The translations under genes were made by a program, and so were the position numbers. Positions 63,784 through 64,000 of a stretch of 64,000 bases of DNA are shown one piece after another. The DNA is from Lingula anatina (taxonomy: Eukaryota; Animalia; Brachiopoda), in assembly GCA_051362555.1 (NCBI GenBank), contig CM120643.1, positions 23,936,848-24,000,847 of the forward strand, written 5' to 3'. How positions within the stretch are numbered: the stretch's first letter is position 1; each line of letters starts with the position of its first letter. The notes under the pieces are model-generated. The model saw nothing but the letters and a program-made list of their open reading frames with translations, did no database searches and had not been told where the DNA came from.

Positions 63784-64000
63784 TGGGCCTTCTTTGGGTA
63801 ACCTTATAAAGAAAAAAAAATAAGTACATTTACTAAGTATAAAAAATCTTCGTCTTTCGTGCTACTAAAACAAAATATGAGCGTAGGCCTACTCGTACCT
63901 ACAGTAGTCTACATGTACATAACATGTCAGATTTGACACACACACCTCGACTAATGTTCGATTTTTTTCAAGGAAAATAGTAAGCATTCTTGTTTTTCAA

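Overview
AT-rich, transposon-dense genomic DNA from a spliceosomal-intron eukaryote, most likely a non-vertebrate animal; the species cannot be determined from the sequence. The main host content is invisible to the ORF track: a tandem cluster of small three-exon genes on the minus strand (four complete copies at about 4.1-5.4, 14.5-15.5, 31.6-32.5 and 45.0-45.8 kb, plus a truncated copy at 37.1 kb). Each encodes an 85-90 aa precursor: signal peptide (MNKLKWFA...ESE/DG), then an almost pure poly-arginine peptide (12-15 Arg, all CGN codons), then a strongly acidic Asp/Glu-rich C-terminal region. This is the prepro layout of cationic host-defence peptides, but the core resembles synthetic R8-R15 cell-penetrating peptides. 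The copies sit in diverged segmental duplicates of roughly 10-13 kb. Also present: the first coding exon of a secreted PAN/apple-domain protein at the left edge; an intact, apparently very young BEL/Pao LTR retrotransposon (19618-27405); two decayed Tc1/mariner copies; several MITE/foldback elements; LINE and Penelope fragments; a nested long-TIR element at 53-58 kb; and a decayed Sola3-like transposon with a YqaJ/lambda-exonuclease pseudogene at the right end. All gene models were read by hand; no alignments or database searches were run.
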